A DNA stretch of 45,318 nt from Paraspadella gotoi (taxonomy: Eukaryota > Animalia > Chaetognatha): the NCBI GenBank assembly GCA_051294375.1, contig CM119266.1, forward strand, positions 2,611,954 to 2,657,271, read 5' to 3'. Below, one piece after another: positions 1 through 13,977 of this stretch (positions are counted from its first letter, which is position 1; the number at the start of each line of letters is the position of its first letter). The notes beneath the pieces are model-generated. The model did no database searches. It had not been told where the DNA came from and was given only the letters and a program-made list of their open reading frames with translations. A program made the position numbers and the translations under genes.

Positions 1-153
1 TTTATCCACTTTATCCTGACCGCTTTATACTTTATCCATTTCTTTATTGTGCAAGTCACCAATATTTTTTCCCATTTTTTTATTTGTGACCCTCTCTTTC
101 TCTTTAAATCCCCTCCTTTCTGGCTAAAAGATATAATTTTTATCTTTTCCCAT

Positions 154-209
<56 letters not shown>

Positions 210-344
210 ATTTTCTTTCATTTGTAAGTTTTTCATCCCTGCATTGAATTTATGACTTTCCAGTTCATTTCATTTTTCTTTTTTCTTTCATTTTTTAATT
301 TCCTTTTTCTCCTTTTACCTCCGCTTCTCCTACGCGTTTTTGAA

Positions 345-574
345 TTTCCACTCCGGTTTGTGACCTTTCATCCTCAAGAATAGAGTTGCTCTTTCCACTC
401 CGGTTTGTGACCTTCCATCCTCAAGAATAGAGTTACTCTTTCCACTCCGGTTTGTGACCTTCCTTCCTCAAGAATAGAGTTACTCTTTCCACTCCGGTTT
501 GTGACCTTCCATCCCCAAGAATTGAGTTACTCTTTCCACTCCAGTTTGTGACCTTCCATCCCCAAGAATAGAGT
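345..574. repeat. 47-bp minisatellite, about 5 copies (TTTCCACTCCGGTTTGTGACCTTCCATCCTCAAGAATAGAGTTACTC)
   Basis: Unit starts at 345, 392, 439, 486 and 533 (period 47), contiguous with no spacers. Confidence 0.95.
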
Positions 575-1274
575 GGATTCTCGTGTATGAATCGTATAAA
601 TTTAATAAATAAATAATGTTTAATTTTGCTCGTCTTCAACTTTCCTTCATACTTTCCAATATTTTTATCTCTTTTCAGATTTTCCTTCATGGAGCGACTT
701 TCCTTTTTATCCCCATATTTTATGAGGTTTTTCCTCCAGCCAGACGAAGTTCATCTTCTCACTCTTGCGTTGACCCTTTCATTTCCATGCGGTTCAGCAC
801 CTCGCCTGCTTAACTTACCCGTTCTTACCCGTCTCACTTCGAAACACTTTGCATTTCCATAAATTCGGCTTAGACGTAAGACGTAACATTTGTGATTGAT
901 AATTTTAATAATAGGTAACATTATTTTTGTTATTATCTTGTTATTCTTTTCTTGCATGACCATTTTTCATCTCAGGCCCCTTTTTTTTACCCTCGACCTA
1001 ATCCCACCACAAAACTAATGAGAATTTTTACGTTGTCCTCTCTCTCCTCTCGCTCTCTCTCTCGTCGTCTCTCTCTTCTTCTCTGTTCGTCTCTCTCTCT
1101 TGCCTACCCATTCCTACAGTTCTCACGTTTCGAGACTAAATAAAAAAAAGAGGAAGAAATAACAAAAAAAACTCTAAAACTCATTCATTCAGATCCAAAA
1201 ACGTCCGAAAAAGAAAAAGAATATTCTGTTCCAATGAAAAAAATAGAGGCGCGCTCGTCTGAATTCGAAATCTT

Positions 1275-1364
<90 letters not shown>

Positions 1365-2086
1365 CTCCACCTCCCTTTTTTCCTCGTCCTTTCATGAACT
1401 CCAGTTGAACTTTCGCCCTCTGATGATCCGATGATGATCCTCGAAATTATTTTTTTTTTACAAAAAAGAAAATCAAGATTTGGTCTCCTACTGAAATTAT
1501 AGTCAGTTAGTCTCGGCATTATTGGCCTCAATTCCGTTCGTGTCTTTACGAAGTCTTTACTGTATTTTCCTTTCAAATTCGCAATTTGGCTTTAACCTAT
1601 CCTCCTCCTCCTTTTCCTCTTCTTCCTCCTCCTCCTCCTCCTCCTCCTCCTCCTCCTTATATCTTCATTTCTTTTCTCCCTTTTTTCTTTTTTCTTTCTA
1701 CACTTCTTTCCTTTTCTCTTCTCCTTTGCTTTTTCTTTTTCTTTCCCTTTTCTTTTTTTTTCTTCACTCCTTTCCTTTTCTCTTCTCCTTTCCTTTTTCC
1801 TTTTCTTTCCCTTTTCTTTTTTTTTACGTCTTCAAAGAAAAAAAATCTCAAAATAAAAATACCTTTTGTGTTGAGGGAATTTGAAGAGAGAAGCGAGAGG
1901 AAGTCGAGGGTGAGAAAAAGATAAGTCTTGGAGGGGGTAAGGCGCCCGGGTGAGTTGGAAACCTAGATCAGTTCTAGTTTGTTTAGATGGGTTTTTCGCT
2001 TTAAAGCTCCCATAATTACATCATAACTGACCGCCAGTTTGTTTCACTATGTTGTTTTCGTAAATATGTATTGGGAATAAAACTAA

Positions 2087-2806
2087 CCCGTGTCCGTTCG
2101 CGAGTGACACCAAAAAAATCTTTACTATATTTTAAATATTTAATAAATATAATTCATAAGTAGATCATTAGTTGGAGAACTACTTGACGTTTTTTGAGTA
2201 TAAGTTTCATTTCATGTTTTATTCATTTACGATACTATGTTTAATTTTTTATCAAACACAGTAAAATTGGCGAAAAAAGAACATTTTAGGTGTGTTCTTG
2301 TTTGCATTAAATAAATATTTTACCTCATAAGAAATCCCTATTAATGGTCCAATGAATGGCGTATCGGAATTATAGTAATGTTTATAAATTTTTTGAGTAA
2401 TGATTTTTTATTTATAATTCTTAAGTTTTCTTTGTACAATTCGTCCAATTGAAAAAATGCTGTCCTGACCATTTTTTATTGTTTTGAATAATTATTTTAT
2501 ATCGTAAGGATTTCCAGTTAATCCTTCATTTAATGGTGTAAATGAATTTCAATAATTTTAAGTAATTAATGAGTAATTAATTTTTAATGATTTTTTTTTA
2601 AATTCTTTTTTTTACTGAAGATGAAATTGGATGACCATTAAAAAAAGGTTATTTTATCTAAGTAAATATAAAATTATTTTTATTAATTTAAAATATAATA
2701 AACGTCCAGTACTTTTCCATAGAATTAGAGAAGAAAATTTTAAAAAATATTTATCCAATGAGGAATGGACGCATTTTTTTGGTGTCACTCGCGAACGGAT
2801 ACTGGG
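2087..2806. mobile_element. MITE / non-autonomous DNA transposon with ~33-bp terminal inverted repeats
   Basis: CCCGTGTCCGTTCGCGAGTGACACCAAAAAAAT at 2087-2119 and its near-perfect reverse complement ATTTTTTTGGTGTCACTCGCGAACGGATACTGGG at 2773-2806. TA lies at or near both ends; the interior is AT-rich and non-coding. Confidence 0.8.
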
Positions 2807-3334
2807 TATACTTAAAAAAAGTTTTAGTTTTAGTTTTACTGAAAAAAACGTTATTTTTTTCTCAAAATCGAAAATAAACCAAATTATGCAAATGAGAAAA
2901 ATATACATAAAAAAGGAGGAAAAAAAGTCAGGTTGGGAGAAAATAAAGCAGAGGAAAAACAGAAAGATGGACGGATAAACAGACTCTAAAACAGACTGTA
3001 TGTGATAACAAGGCCGAGAGAAGGAAAGACTCCGCTGAGATCTAAGAGGTAACGACTGAAGAAGTTACTATGTAATAGACATATAGATGGGAAAACAGAC
3101 AGGGAGACAGATAGAGAGGACAGACAGACGAGTTTGAACATCAAAAGTGGAAAAACTCGATTTCAACTTTTATTCGTTTTATTTCCAATTTTTTAGACGA
3201 TTTTCATTTTTATTCTCGAGAAGATATTTTTTTTTTTGTGAATAAATAAATAAATTATTGTGGGCGACGAACATTTGAGTTCATGGGAATTTCGTGGGAC
3301 GTAGTTTTTTTTGTTGTTGTTATGTTGTTGTTGC

Positions 3335-3365
<31 letters not shown>

Positions 3366-3730
3366 ACTTGAGCTAAAACGTCGGTGGAATCCAAGGCGTA
3401 AATCAATGATCTTTCGTTGAGCAGAAAGATTTGATTTTGACGTCACTTGTACGACAACGATTGCGTCTTTTTGGCTTTATTAGAACGTCACTATGGGGTC
3501 ACTGCAGCATTCTGGATTACTAGCAGCGTCACTGCAACATCACTGCATCATCATCATCACTGCATCATCATCATCATCATCACTCGCAGAGTCGTTTCAC
3601 AACTCCAGAATCACTGTGGTGATACAAGATACAACCTCCTTTGATTCTCCAGCGAATTCTCGACCTAAAAATTCACTTTTTTAAGAAAAGAAAATAAGAA
3701 AAAAATTCCCTCTTTCAAGGTTACGAGCTC

Positions 3731-3804
<74 letters not shown>

Positions 3805-4884
3805 CATCACAATGTAGGGAAATTTGTAAAAAAAAAATAAAATAAAAAAAATAAAAAACGGTAAATGTGGGCGGCAAAAATATTGCAAAAATGAAGAGTA
3901 AAAAAAAAACTTGTAAAATAAAAGGAAAAAGAATAATCACAACCGAATTAAAGAATCGGATAAAATTGTCAGAAGGAGAAACATTCGTTGACTGATTTCA
4001 GTCAAGTTAAGAGATAAAAATGTCAAAACAACGAATCGTGTTCCATGATGGAATTCCTTTTTTTTAAGGACAGACGCAAAAAACATTTTGAGGAAAAGTG
4101 AAGTGGTTTAATTGGAAAATACAAAAGAATATATACATATATATTATATATATTGTACAATTGTACATTGTACAATATATAAAAAGGAAATTCCGGAAGG
4201 AGAATGTCATAAAGCAGAAATGAGAAAAAGAGAAAATTGTAAAATCCGCTGGACAAGAAATAAAAAGAGGAGGAATTTGGGATGAAGTCTGATCGAAAAA
4301 ATAAAAGAAAAGAAGGTTAGGGTAGAAAATGAGAGTTTATATAATATATATACAATCTCTTTATTATACATTGTAAAAAAATACGGTACGTAGTTTGATA
4401 TTTTACTAATCCATTTTTTAAATATTGGATTAAAATTGTTTTGCTCTTTTAGTGTCGGGAAAACGCGACCTGATAAAAATATATATAAATATATATTTAT
4501 ATTTTTATAATAATTATATTTCTCTATTTGCATAGAGATATATATATAAAATAAAATATTTTCGCCGCTTTAGTACACATGTTGAAGTAACTCTGAACCG
4601 ACAGTATGAACCTCCGGAAAGCTCAGAGAATTTAGTGAAAAGCATACAACGTGTTGTCGCGTTCGTTAAATTTTCTTCATTTCCAAAGTGCTTAGTCTAC
4701 TAAAGAAAGTAATTTTTTTATTCCACTCCTCACGATCCAGTTTCACATACCATAGCGCGTGAACTCTCTCTCAAAATCGGCCGCTAAGTAGAGGCCTTTC
4801 CGCTCGTTAGTGAGAGAGCGCGAACGACTTTGGCCTGCCATTTTGAGAAAAAAAAGTTTGCGAACTCGAGGTAATGAAAAAAGG

Positions 4885-4944
<60 letters not shown>

Positions 4945-5177
4945 GAGCAGAGGGAGAGTACGAGGAGAGAAGACAGAGTCAGAACCATTGATTGGCCATC
5001 GACAAAAAACGAATCCGTTTGAGTGCAAAACCATCCGAGAGTTCGGTTTTAGAATCGATGTAGGAAGACGAAAAAACAATAGTTTTCGAATGAGAAGATA
5101 GAAAGGAAGAAAAAAGAAAGAAGAAGAGAAAGAAGAGAAGAAGCAAAGAGAAAGAAAGAAAGAAAGAAAGAAAGAAT

Positions 5178-5208
<31 letters not shown>

Positions 5209-5759
5209 GAAGAAAGAAAAGAAAGAAAGGAAAAGAAAAGAAAGAAAGAAAGAAAGAAAGAAAAGAAAGAAAGAAAGAAAGAAGAAAGAAAGAGATGTTT
5301 TGTCGAGGCGCCATTGCCTTTTGTAACCGAATCGGTGTCTCCCGGGTGACGCTCGACGAAAGAGGGCGCGAACCGAAAAGGTTAAGGCGTCGAATTTCTT
5401 AACCAAAAGTTTCAACACAGTCAGCGATGGATAAAGTATATAGAGGCGTTCGCGTGTATTGAAGGAGGGCTTGGGTAAGGAGGGAATCGGTAAGCAATGG
5501 GTGAGGTGGCAATCGATTTCAGAAGAAGTTATTACAAACTTTTTCTGGAGATCGCCTATAATATAATCTCAACAACCAGAAAGTACCGATAAAATGTCTG
5601 GTCTCTACTACAATAAATGATAGGAACCAACGAAGACGAACACGTAAACGAACGAACGAACGAAGACGAACGAACGAACGAACGAACGAACGACAAGATA
5701 TACGGAAGCGAAAAACGAACGAACGAACGAAACGAAGAACGAACGAACAACGAACAAGC

Positions 5760-7599
5760 GAAGCGAAGCGAGCGAAGGGGAAAAGTAAAGAGCGAGGCGA
5801 AAGGGGCGTTTTCCTCGATGAGGCGTCGAGCGTGGGCGTGGCGAAAGATTGAATGGGCGAAGGATTAACCTGGCGTCACAATCGCGAGGCACGAGCCCTC
5901 TAATGAAGAGATTGGGGGGTGGGGACGAGAGAGAGAGACGAGAGAGAGAGAGAGAGAGAAAGAGACAGAGAGAGGAGAAGAGGGGAGAAAGAGGGAAAGA
6001 CGGCAGTGTTTTTTAACTACAGATTCGCCGCCTATCATCGGGATAAGACGCGATGCCCACTTATGTAACCTCGAGTGCTAGATAGAGAGAGAGAGAGGAA
6101 GAGAGAGAGAGAAGATATTATATATTAGAATTTCCAGTATTCTACTGTGGGACGACATGCGCCGCGGGCAGTTTGATTCTGACATCAAAAAACAACTTTG
6201 AATAAAGTTGAAAGTAAGCAAGCCAAAGACTCCGCCCAAATGTTATACNNNNNNNNNNNNNNNNNNNNNNNNNNNNNNNNNNNNNNNNNNNNNNNNNNNN
6301 NNNNNNNNNNNNNNNNNNNNNNNNNNNNNNNNNNNNNNNNNNNNNNNNNNNNNNNNNNNNNNNNNNNNNNNNNNNNNNNNNNNNNNNNNNNNNNNNNNNN
6401 NNNNNNNNNNNNNNNNNNNNNNNNNNNNNNNNNNNNNNNNNNNNNNNNNNNNNNNNNNNNNNNNNNNNNNNNNNNNNNNNNNNNNNNNNNNNNNNNNNNN
6501 NNNNNNNNNNNNNNNNNNNNNNNNNNNNNNNNNNNNNNNNNNNNNNNNNNNNNNNNNNNNNNNNNNNNNNNNNNNNNNNNNNNNNNNNNNNNNNNNNNNN
6601 NNNNNNNNNNNNNNNNNNNNNNNNNGATTAAGTTGGTATCTAAATAGGTTTGCGTTTGAAAATGCTCTTTTAAACCTCTGCAATGAAGGGGAAATAGATT
6701 TTTTCGCAAAAAAAAAAGATAAAAATTTGAATTTACCAAATTTTTCATTAAATTGAAAAAAATTGAAGAAAAAAACCAACTGAAAGTTAAATTGAAAATG
6801 TGAACGAAAATGATTTTCGGGGGGAAAAATGCTGATTGGTTGAGGGTGGAATGAATGGCGCTGATTGGATAGTGAGAGGAGGGAATGATGCTGATTGGAT
6901 AGTGAGAGGAGGGAATGGCNNNNNNNNNNNNNNNNNNNNNNNNNNNNNNNNNNNNNNNNNNNNNNNNNNNNNNNNNNNNNNNNNNNNNNNNNNNNNNNNN
7001 NNNNNNNNNNNNNNNNNNNNNNNNNNNNNNNNNNNNNNNNNNNNNNNNNNNNNNNNNNNNNNNNNNNNNNNNNNNNNNNNNNNNNNNNNNNNNNNNNNNN
7101 NNNNNNNNNNNNNNNNGAAAGAGAGAGATACAGATACAGAGACAAAGAGATAAAAAAGTAGAGAGAAAGAGGAAAAAAGATATAAAAAGATATACGAGAG
7201 ATTAACGGCTTTGAGAGGGTTAGAGGGTCGAAAAGGCGGGTAGTAAAAGAGGGAAAAGAATTACGGCGTCAGGGGGTGGAGGGAATGGGCTACAATGTGG
7301 GAAGAGAGAAAAAGAGGGAGTAAAGGGTGGATCATTAAAAAGAAAAGAAANNNNNNNNNNNNNNNNNNNNNNNNNNNNNNNNNNNNNNNNNNNNNNNNNN
7401 NNNNNNNNNNNNNNNNNNNNNNNNNNNNNNNNNNNNNNNNNNNNNNNNNNCGAAGCGAAGCGAAGGGGAAAAGTAAAGAGCCGACGAAAGGGGGCGTTTC
7501 CTCGATGAGGCGTCGACGTGGGCGTGGCGAAGATTGATGGGGAAGGGATTAACCTGGCGTCACCATCGCAACGCCCTCTATGAGAGATTGGGGGGTGGG

Positions 7600-7638
<39 letters not shown>

Positions 7639-8590
7639 GACGCTGTTTTTTTACTCAGTTCGCGCCTCTCATCGTGGATACAGACGCGAACCTTTATGAC
7701 CTCGTTCTAGATAGAGAGAGAGGGAGAGAGAGAGAGATATATATATATATTGAATTTCCAGTCATTCTCTGTGGGACGCAATGCGCGCGGCAGTTTGATT
7801 CTGACATCCAACTTTGAATTAAATTGAAAGTAAGCAAGCAAGCAAGCAAATGTTAACCACCAATAGAGTTTATTATTCAGATTAAGTTGGTATCTTAATA
7901 GGTTTGCGTTTGAAAATGCTCTTTTAAACCTCTGCTATGAAGGGGAAATATATTTCTTTCGCACAAAAAAAAAAAAAAAAAAAAAAAAAAAAGGAGAAAA
8001 AATTGAATTTCCCAAATTTTTCATTCAATTGAAAAATTGAAATGTGAACGGAAAAGATTTTCGGGGAAAAATGCTGATTGGTGAGGGTGGAATGAATGGC
8101 GCTGATTGGATAGTGAGAGGAGGGAATGATGCTGATTGGATAGTGAGAGGAGGGAATGGCGCTGATTGGATTGTGAGTGGAGGGAATGTCGTTGATTGGA
8201 TGGTGAGTGGAGGGAATGGTGCTGATTGGATGTGGAGTGGAGCGAAATGATAAATTGGATAAATTGAAGAATTAAATAGGTTAGAAATGCTGAAATATTG
8301 AAACGGAAAGAAGTAAATTTTTTTATTACCTGTTGCTGAAAATAAGAGACAATGAAAGAGAGAGATACAGATACAGAGACAAAGAGATAAAAAAGTAGAG
8401 AGAAAGAGGAAAAAAGATATAAAAAGATATCGAGAGATTAACGGCTTTGAGAGGGTTAGAGGGTCGAAAAAGGCGGGTAGTAAAAGGGGAAAAGAATTAC
8501 GGGCGTTCAGGGGGTGGAGAGGAATGCGGCTACAATGTGGGAAGAGAGAAAAAAGAGGAGTAAAGGGTGGATCATTAAAAAGAAAAAGAA
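5760..8590. other. Gap-associated tandem duplication (5760-7350 re-occurs as 7451-8590), probable assembly artefact
   Basis: The fragments between N-runs (5760-6240, 6626-6919, 7116-7350) recur in the same order after the gap at 7351-7450, differing mostly by small indels. Confidence 0.85.
8070..8245. repeat. 30-bp minisatellite (GCTGATTGGATAGTGAGAGGAGGGAATGAT), about 6 copies
   Basis: Units at about 8072, 8101, 8131, 8161, 8191 and 8221; partial copy at 6830-6919. Confidence 0.9.
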
Positions 8591-9139
8591 AAGAATAGAA
8601 AAAAAAAAATAGAAGGGAAACGAGAGGAAATGAGATATTTTTTTGAAATTTATATCCTCTATGAAGGTGAAATCATCACCCAGCGAAAATCAGTTACATT
8701 ACAACATAGATTAGGGAGGAATACTCTTGAAATAGAATAATCTAACAACGAGAGAAGGATAATGTGACTCTAAATTGGCGAGGGAGGATCGCGAGGGTCT
8801 GGAGGAGTGGCTACTGGGTAGGCGTAGCCAGCGGGGGGGAGAGAGAGAGTCGGTCGATCGAAGCCGGCAGATTTATTGTGGGAACGAAACCATAAATTTG
8901 AGCGATCCCGAGATTTCGTTTAGAAGAGTGGGGAATTGGAGGGAAAGGGGAAGTGTAGGGGGGAAGGGGAAGGTGGAGTGGAGTCCAGGTGGGAGGGGGA
9001 AGGTGGAGGAAGAAAGGTGGAGGGGGGAAGGTGAATAGAGGAAGATGGAGGGGAAGGTTGGAGGGGGGAATGAGGCGGGAAGTGGAGGAGGAAAGGTGAA
9101 AGGGGAAGAGGGAACCCTCGGGCGGACAGGGTGGTGGAA

Positions 9140-9570
9140 GAGATGGGTTATTGGGGTTTAGAGATGATGGTGAAGGGATGATGGTGTGCAGTTGATGTGG
9201 TAGAGATGATCATTTAGAGATCATGGTTGAGGGATGATGGTGTGCAGATGATGGGGTAGAGATGATGATTTAGAGATGACGATTTAGAGATGATGTGTAG
9301 GGATGATGGAGTGCGGATGAAAGAGATGATGATTTAGAGATGAGAAGTAAGGATAATGGTGTGCAGATGATGGGGTAGAGATGATGGTGTGCAGATTATT
9401 GGGGTAGAGATGATTTAGAGATGATGGAGTAGGGATGATGTTGTGCAGATTCATGGGTAGAGATGATGGGGTAGAGATGATTATTAGAGATGATGATGGT
9501 GTGCAATGTGTGTGGGTGCAGATGATGGGGCAGAGATGATTTAGAGATGATGGGGTAGAGATGATGCTTT
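9140..9570. repeat. Degenerate GATGAT-based satellite (TAGAGATGATGG / GTGCAGATGATGGGG motifs)
   Basis: Many recurrences of TAGAGATGAT and TGTGCAGAT motifs across about 430 bp. Confidence 0.8.
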
Positions 9571-9865
9571 GGAAGATTTGAGAAAAGAGTCGTCAACCAA
9601 ATCGTTCCCTCAGGGCGGATGAGTCAATGAACGCTCATTGTGATTTTGTGAAGGATGAAAAATGAAAAAGTGAAGTTTGTGACGTTTTTCTGACATCACG
9701 ACGATGACATCAGCGCGAAAAATGGTTGACGCCATCTTCACGCCTCGGAGACGTTTGTGTGACGTTGTTCTCAAGTCTTTCTTAGGCCTTTTTCGACGTC
9801 AATTTGACGTCGTTGTGGCGTTGGTCATGTTATTTTCATAAATGACTAGACCAGACGAACTGGGT

Positions 9866-9980
9866 CGTCATCCTTATCATTATCATCATCGTCAATGTCA
9901 TCCTTATCATTATCATCATCGTCAATGTCATCCTTATCATTATCATCATCGTCAATGTCATCTTTCTCATCATCATCATT
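9866..9980. repeat. 30-bp tandem repeat (GTCATCCTTATCATTATCATCATCGTCAAT), about 3.5 copies
   Basis: Exact 30-bp periodicity, which explains the CHPYHYHHRQ repeat ORF. Confidence 0.9.
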
Positions 9981-10719
9981 ATTCCTTTCTCCCCCTCGAG
10001 CGAAATTCAGATTCGCAATTAAAGTCGAATCGACGTAAAATTCGTTATTTTTTATTTCCCTTTTTTTAGTCGCTTGAAGCATCTTTCCGTGCGTGATACT
10101 GTACGGACTGTACGTGCTTTCTACTGTACATCCGTCCAAGCGAAAGAGAGAATATGTGCGGTCGCGGAGAAAATCTTTTTTTTTTGTTCTTTAGTGGAAT
10201 CGGTTGATTTGTGTTCGACGCGTGGCTTCCCTTTTTTTTCCACTTATCTTCCTTAACCTTTTTTTTTGAAATCCACTTTTCACTTTCTCTCTTCTCTTAC
10301 CTTTTGTCTTCCTTTTACTTTGCTTTGCTTTACTTTAATTTACTCTCCTCTACTTTAGGGTACTTTAGTTTAATTTACTTTTTACCTTTACTTCTTTTCC
10401 TTTTAAACTTTTCTTTTTTCCAATCTGTTTCCAATATGATTAATATAGCATTATCTGATATCAATTAAATAAACAAGCTNNNNNNNNNNATAGCATTATC
10501 TAATATCCATTAAATAAACAAGCTATCTTGTCTGGGTAAGTTAAAGACTCTATATCTTTCTCACGAGTTAAAAACATAACTTAACAATCAATACTCTCTC
10601 TGGGTCCAGTTAATTAACTCAAATCGAACCTGGCATCCCAATCAATGAATTAAACTAGTTAGATTTTTTATGAACAGTTTCAATTATATAAACAACTCTC
10701 CTCTCCTTTCTCAAATCAG

Positions 10720-10957
10720 GCGCCACCGGGGATCGCCTGAAAGAGGGCGCGGCCATCAATCAGTCCCTCAGCTCTCTCGGCAACGTGATCAAAGCCCTCG
10801 TGGATCAGGCCAACGGGAGGAAGGTCGTCGTCCCCTTCAGAGACTCCGTCCTGACCAAACTCTTGAAGAACGCGTTGGGCGGAAACTCGAAAACGATTCT
10901 CATCGCCGCTTTGAGTCCGGCGGACATCAACTATGAAGAGACGCTGTCCACTTTGAG
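10720..10957 (+). CDS. KIF28P: Kinesin exon: motor domain C-terminal part
   Basis: [79 protein letters not shown]; cag acceptor at 10717-10719, GT donor at 10958. Confidence 0.97.
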
Positions 10958-12758
10958 GTGTTGGGGGGAGAGGGAAGGCAAGAGTGGGAGAGAGAGAAGG
11001 AGTGGAGGAGGAAGGTAGAAGGAAGAGGGGAGAGAGAGAAGGGGTGGAGGAGAGAGAGGGGGAGACGAGAGAAGTGCGGTGGAGGAGGAGGGTAGAAGGG
11101 AGGGGGGCAGAGAGAAGAAGGGGATGGAGGAGAAGGTCTAGAGGTAAAGAGTGGAGAGAGAGATGGAGGAAGAATAAAAGATAGGAAAGAGAGAAAGATA
11201 ACAAAGAAAGATTAATAAATATGAAAGATAAATACCGTTTATTAGGAATCTGTATCGACGCGTCGCCGTCTCAACTTTTCGTCGTATACTATATTAAAAA
11301 TTCCCAAAATATTCTAAATTAAATTGGAGAAATCTCCAGACCAAAAAAATGTGGAATAAAAAAAATTAGACAATAAAAATGATTAACTTCAGAGCCTGGC
11401 AGATGATAAGAAATAAATATATAAATCGTATGAAAACGAGAGGTAAACATCTTAACTGTACTCTTAAAATAGAATATAAATTCTATTACGAAAAAACAAC
11501 TCCTTTTCAATAACGCCGATTCCAAAAATAATTTTTGGAGTCTATTTGTATCCCCCTTTTTGTATGCCACTGTTTTCAACTAACTGCATGTTAAACAATA
11601 AAACACATTTTTAGGTAGATTCAAAGTCTAATTTAAGATATTTTTTTTTACAACGGAAACTCGAGTAAAAGTTCACGGGCGAAAAGGACATTTCCTTTTT
11701 CTTTACTCGTTCCCCAAGCGAAAAGTTTAACTATTCTCCCTTTTTTATTTTCTCCTTAATCTTGCACTTTTTCTTCTCTTTATTATTATCTTCCTTCCTT
11801 TTCACTTTTGTCCTTTCTTTTTCCCTCCATTTCTTTTACCTTTTCCTTACTCGTCCTCTCTTTCATCGTCGCTTTTACGCCTCATTACCTTCAAACAATC
11901 ACCTCAGTTTAAGTTTCTCACTTTTTTTTTCTTTTTTCTTTTCCTCGTTTCTTCACATTCACGCGTTTATTATTTTCCAATCTCTGCACACGAATCCAGT
12001 GTTGCACTGTTGGCCATTTGGCTGTTGCCTTTTTGCGTTTGCCGTTGGCCTTTGGCTAACGCTTTGGCCGTTGGCCGTTAGCTAACTGTTGGAGCACTTC
12101 TCTGATGATATGATAAAGAAATTTTTAGAAGAAAAATTCAATTGTTTTATAAAAACCGATTTTTGGGAGATTTCAAAAGAAACGGCGTACCAAATACATA
12201 AACTAATTAAAAACACTAGAAATTAAAATTAACAAATATTCATGCTTATTCTTTTTTTAAGACGAAAAATAAGATATTCCACGCGAAACTTCTCGTGAGA
12301 AAAAGGAAGATGATCTTCAGAGTTTTTCTCGCCAAAAAATAAGTCGAACTGCAAAATGGCGCGAAGAAGGAAAAAGGATAAGAAAATGTTAAAAAAGAAA
12401 ACGAAGGAAGGAAAAGGGAGGGGATAGGAAAAGGCAAGGAAGGTTGTACAAAAAGAAAAGAAAAGGAAAGGAAGGGAAAACAAAAAAGAAAAGGAAGGGA
12501 AGGGAAAAAAGAAAAGAAAAGGAAAGGAAGGGGAATAAAAGAAAAGGAAAGGAAGTGAAAAAAGAAAAAAAGAAAGGGAAAAAAGAAAGGAAGGGAAAAA
12601 AGGAAAGGAAAGGAGAAAAAAGAAAAGGAAAGAAAAAAAAAGGAAAGAAAAAGAAAGGAATCTCTCTAGTCTGGTTCTTGCGCTAATGAGGAAACTCGTT
12701 CGATTTTGAGCGCATAGAAAAAAATCCCAGGCTGTTTTTCCTTTCTCTTTCTTTTTGT

Positions 12759-12793
<35 letters not shown>

Positions 12794-12933
12794 CTTCTTT
12801 TCTTCTGTGTCTTTTCTTTCTTTCTTTCTTTCTTTTCTTTCTTTCTTTCTTCTCTCCTCTCTCCGGGGATGGACATAAAAAATCTCGTTCTTTGTTTTCG
12901 CCTTTTTCTTTCATCTCACGTCGATGCAACTCA

Positions 12934-13003
<70 letters not shown>

Positions 13004-13934
13004 TTCTCTCTCCCTTCTCCTCTCCCCCTCCCTCCCTGCCCCCCCACCTCCCCCTCTCCCTGCCCCTCTCTCGCCCTTAGATTCGCAGACCGGGCCAAGA
13101 GCGTGAAGACCAGCGCATCATCAACGAATCTCCGACAGAAAAACTCATTCGGGAATTGAGAGAAGAGAATGAGAAACTCAAAGCCGCTTTGCTGCAAGGG
13201 GAATGCCGCAGGTGAGTTGCCGTAAAAGGGGCGTGCTGGCAGGTTAAAGGTCGTTTCTTGTAAAGGGGGTGAAAGGACCTCAACTGAGGGGTTTGCTGCA
13301 AAGACGTTGCCCTTGGTGATGGCTTGCGGAAAAGAAGGCGGGGATTGATGTGAGAGGTTGCTGCTTAAGAGAACATGGGTGCAGATGGTCATCAGTCAGA
13401 GGTCATCAGTCTCCAGCCAAGCATCGATGTTGTTGTTGTTTTGTTTTTTGATTGTTTTCTGGACCGTCGGATAGCATCTTAGACGTCGTTGATCGTCATT
13501 GCCTTGTCCCAAAGTCTTCATCTTCATCGTTCTCTTTCTCTTTCGTTCGTCGTCGTCGTTCCGTCGGCGTCCGTCGTCGTCGGGCAGCTTGGGTGGGTGG
13601 GGGGAATATTTTTCGGGATTTTTATTTTCTTTGGAATTTTGCATAAAAAGTAATAAAAGAATAAGGGGGCTGTTTTCGTCATCGTCTTCGTAGACGTCCC
13701 CCCCGTTGTCGAATATTACGCGGGGCCAGATCCTTGCAGTTGAAAACTTTTTAAAACCTTCACGCAGTTTCGTGGAAGCTAATTATAAATTTATAAGTTT
13801 ACCGCCCACTACCGCCGACTTACAGTGGGGCTTGTGGTTGGGGGATTTCGGGGGGATTCTCCGGCGATACTTACCCCTTTACCTCAATGTCCAAAAAATG
13901 ACGAGATGCAGAAATATGGCCCCCACACTCTCTA

Positions 13935-13977
<43 letters not shown>

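Noticed and set aside
345-574. Regular repeats resembling a CRISPR array
   Set aside because: Units are contiguous and nearly identical with no unique spacers, there are no cas genes, and the context is eukaryotic.
1420-1450. CTGATGA...CGAAA resembling another hammerhead
   Set aside because: The intervening bases do not form helix II and no helix III or cleavage triplet follows.
1181-5892. Long RE-, SL-, FL- and K-rich ORFs here and throughout the window
   Set aside because: They are translations of (AG)n, (AAAG)n, (CCT)n and (AACG)n microsatellites with no domain content.
10445-10524. 35-bp direct repeat around a 10-N gap
   Set aside because: Most likely unmerged overlapping contig ends.
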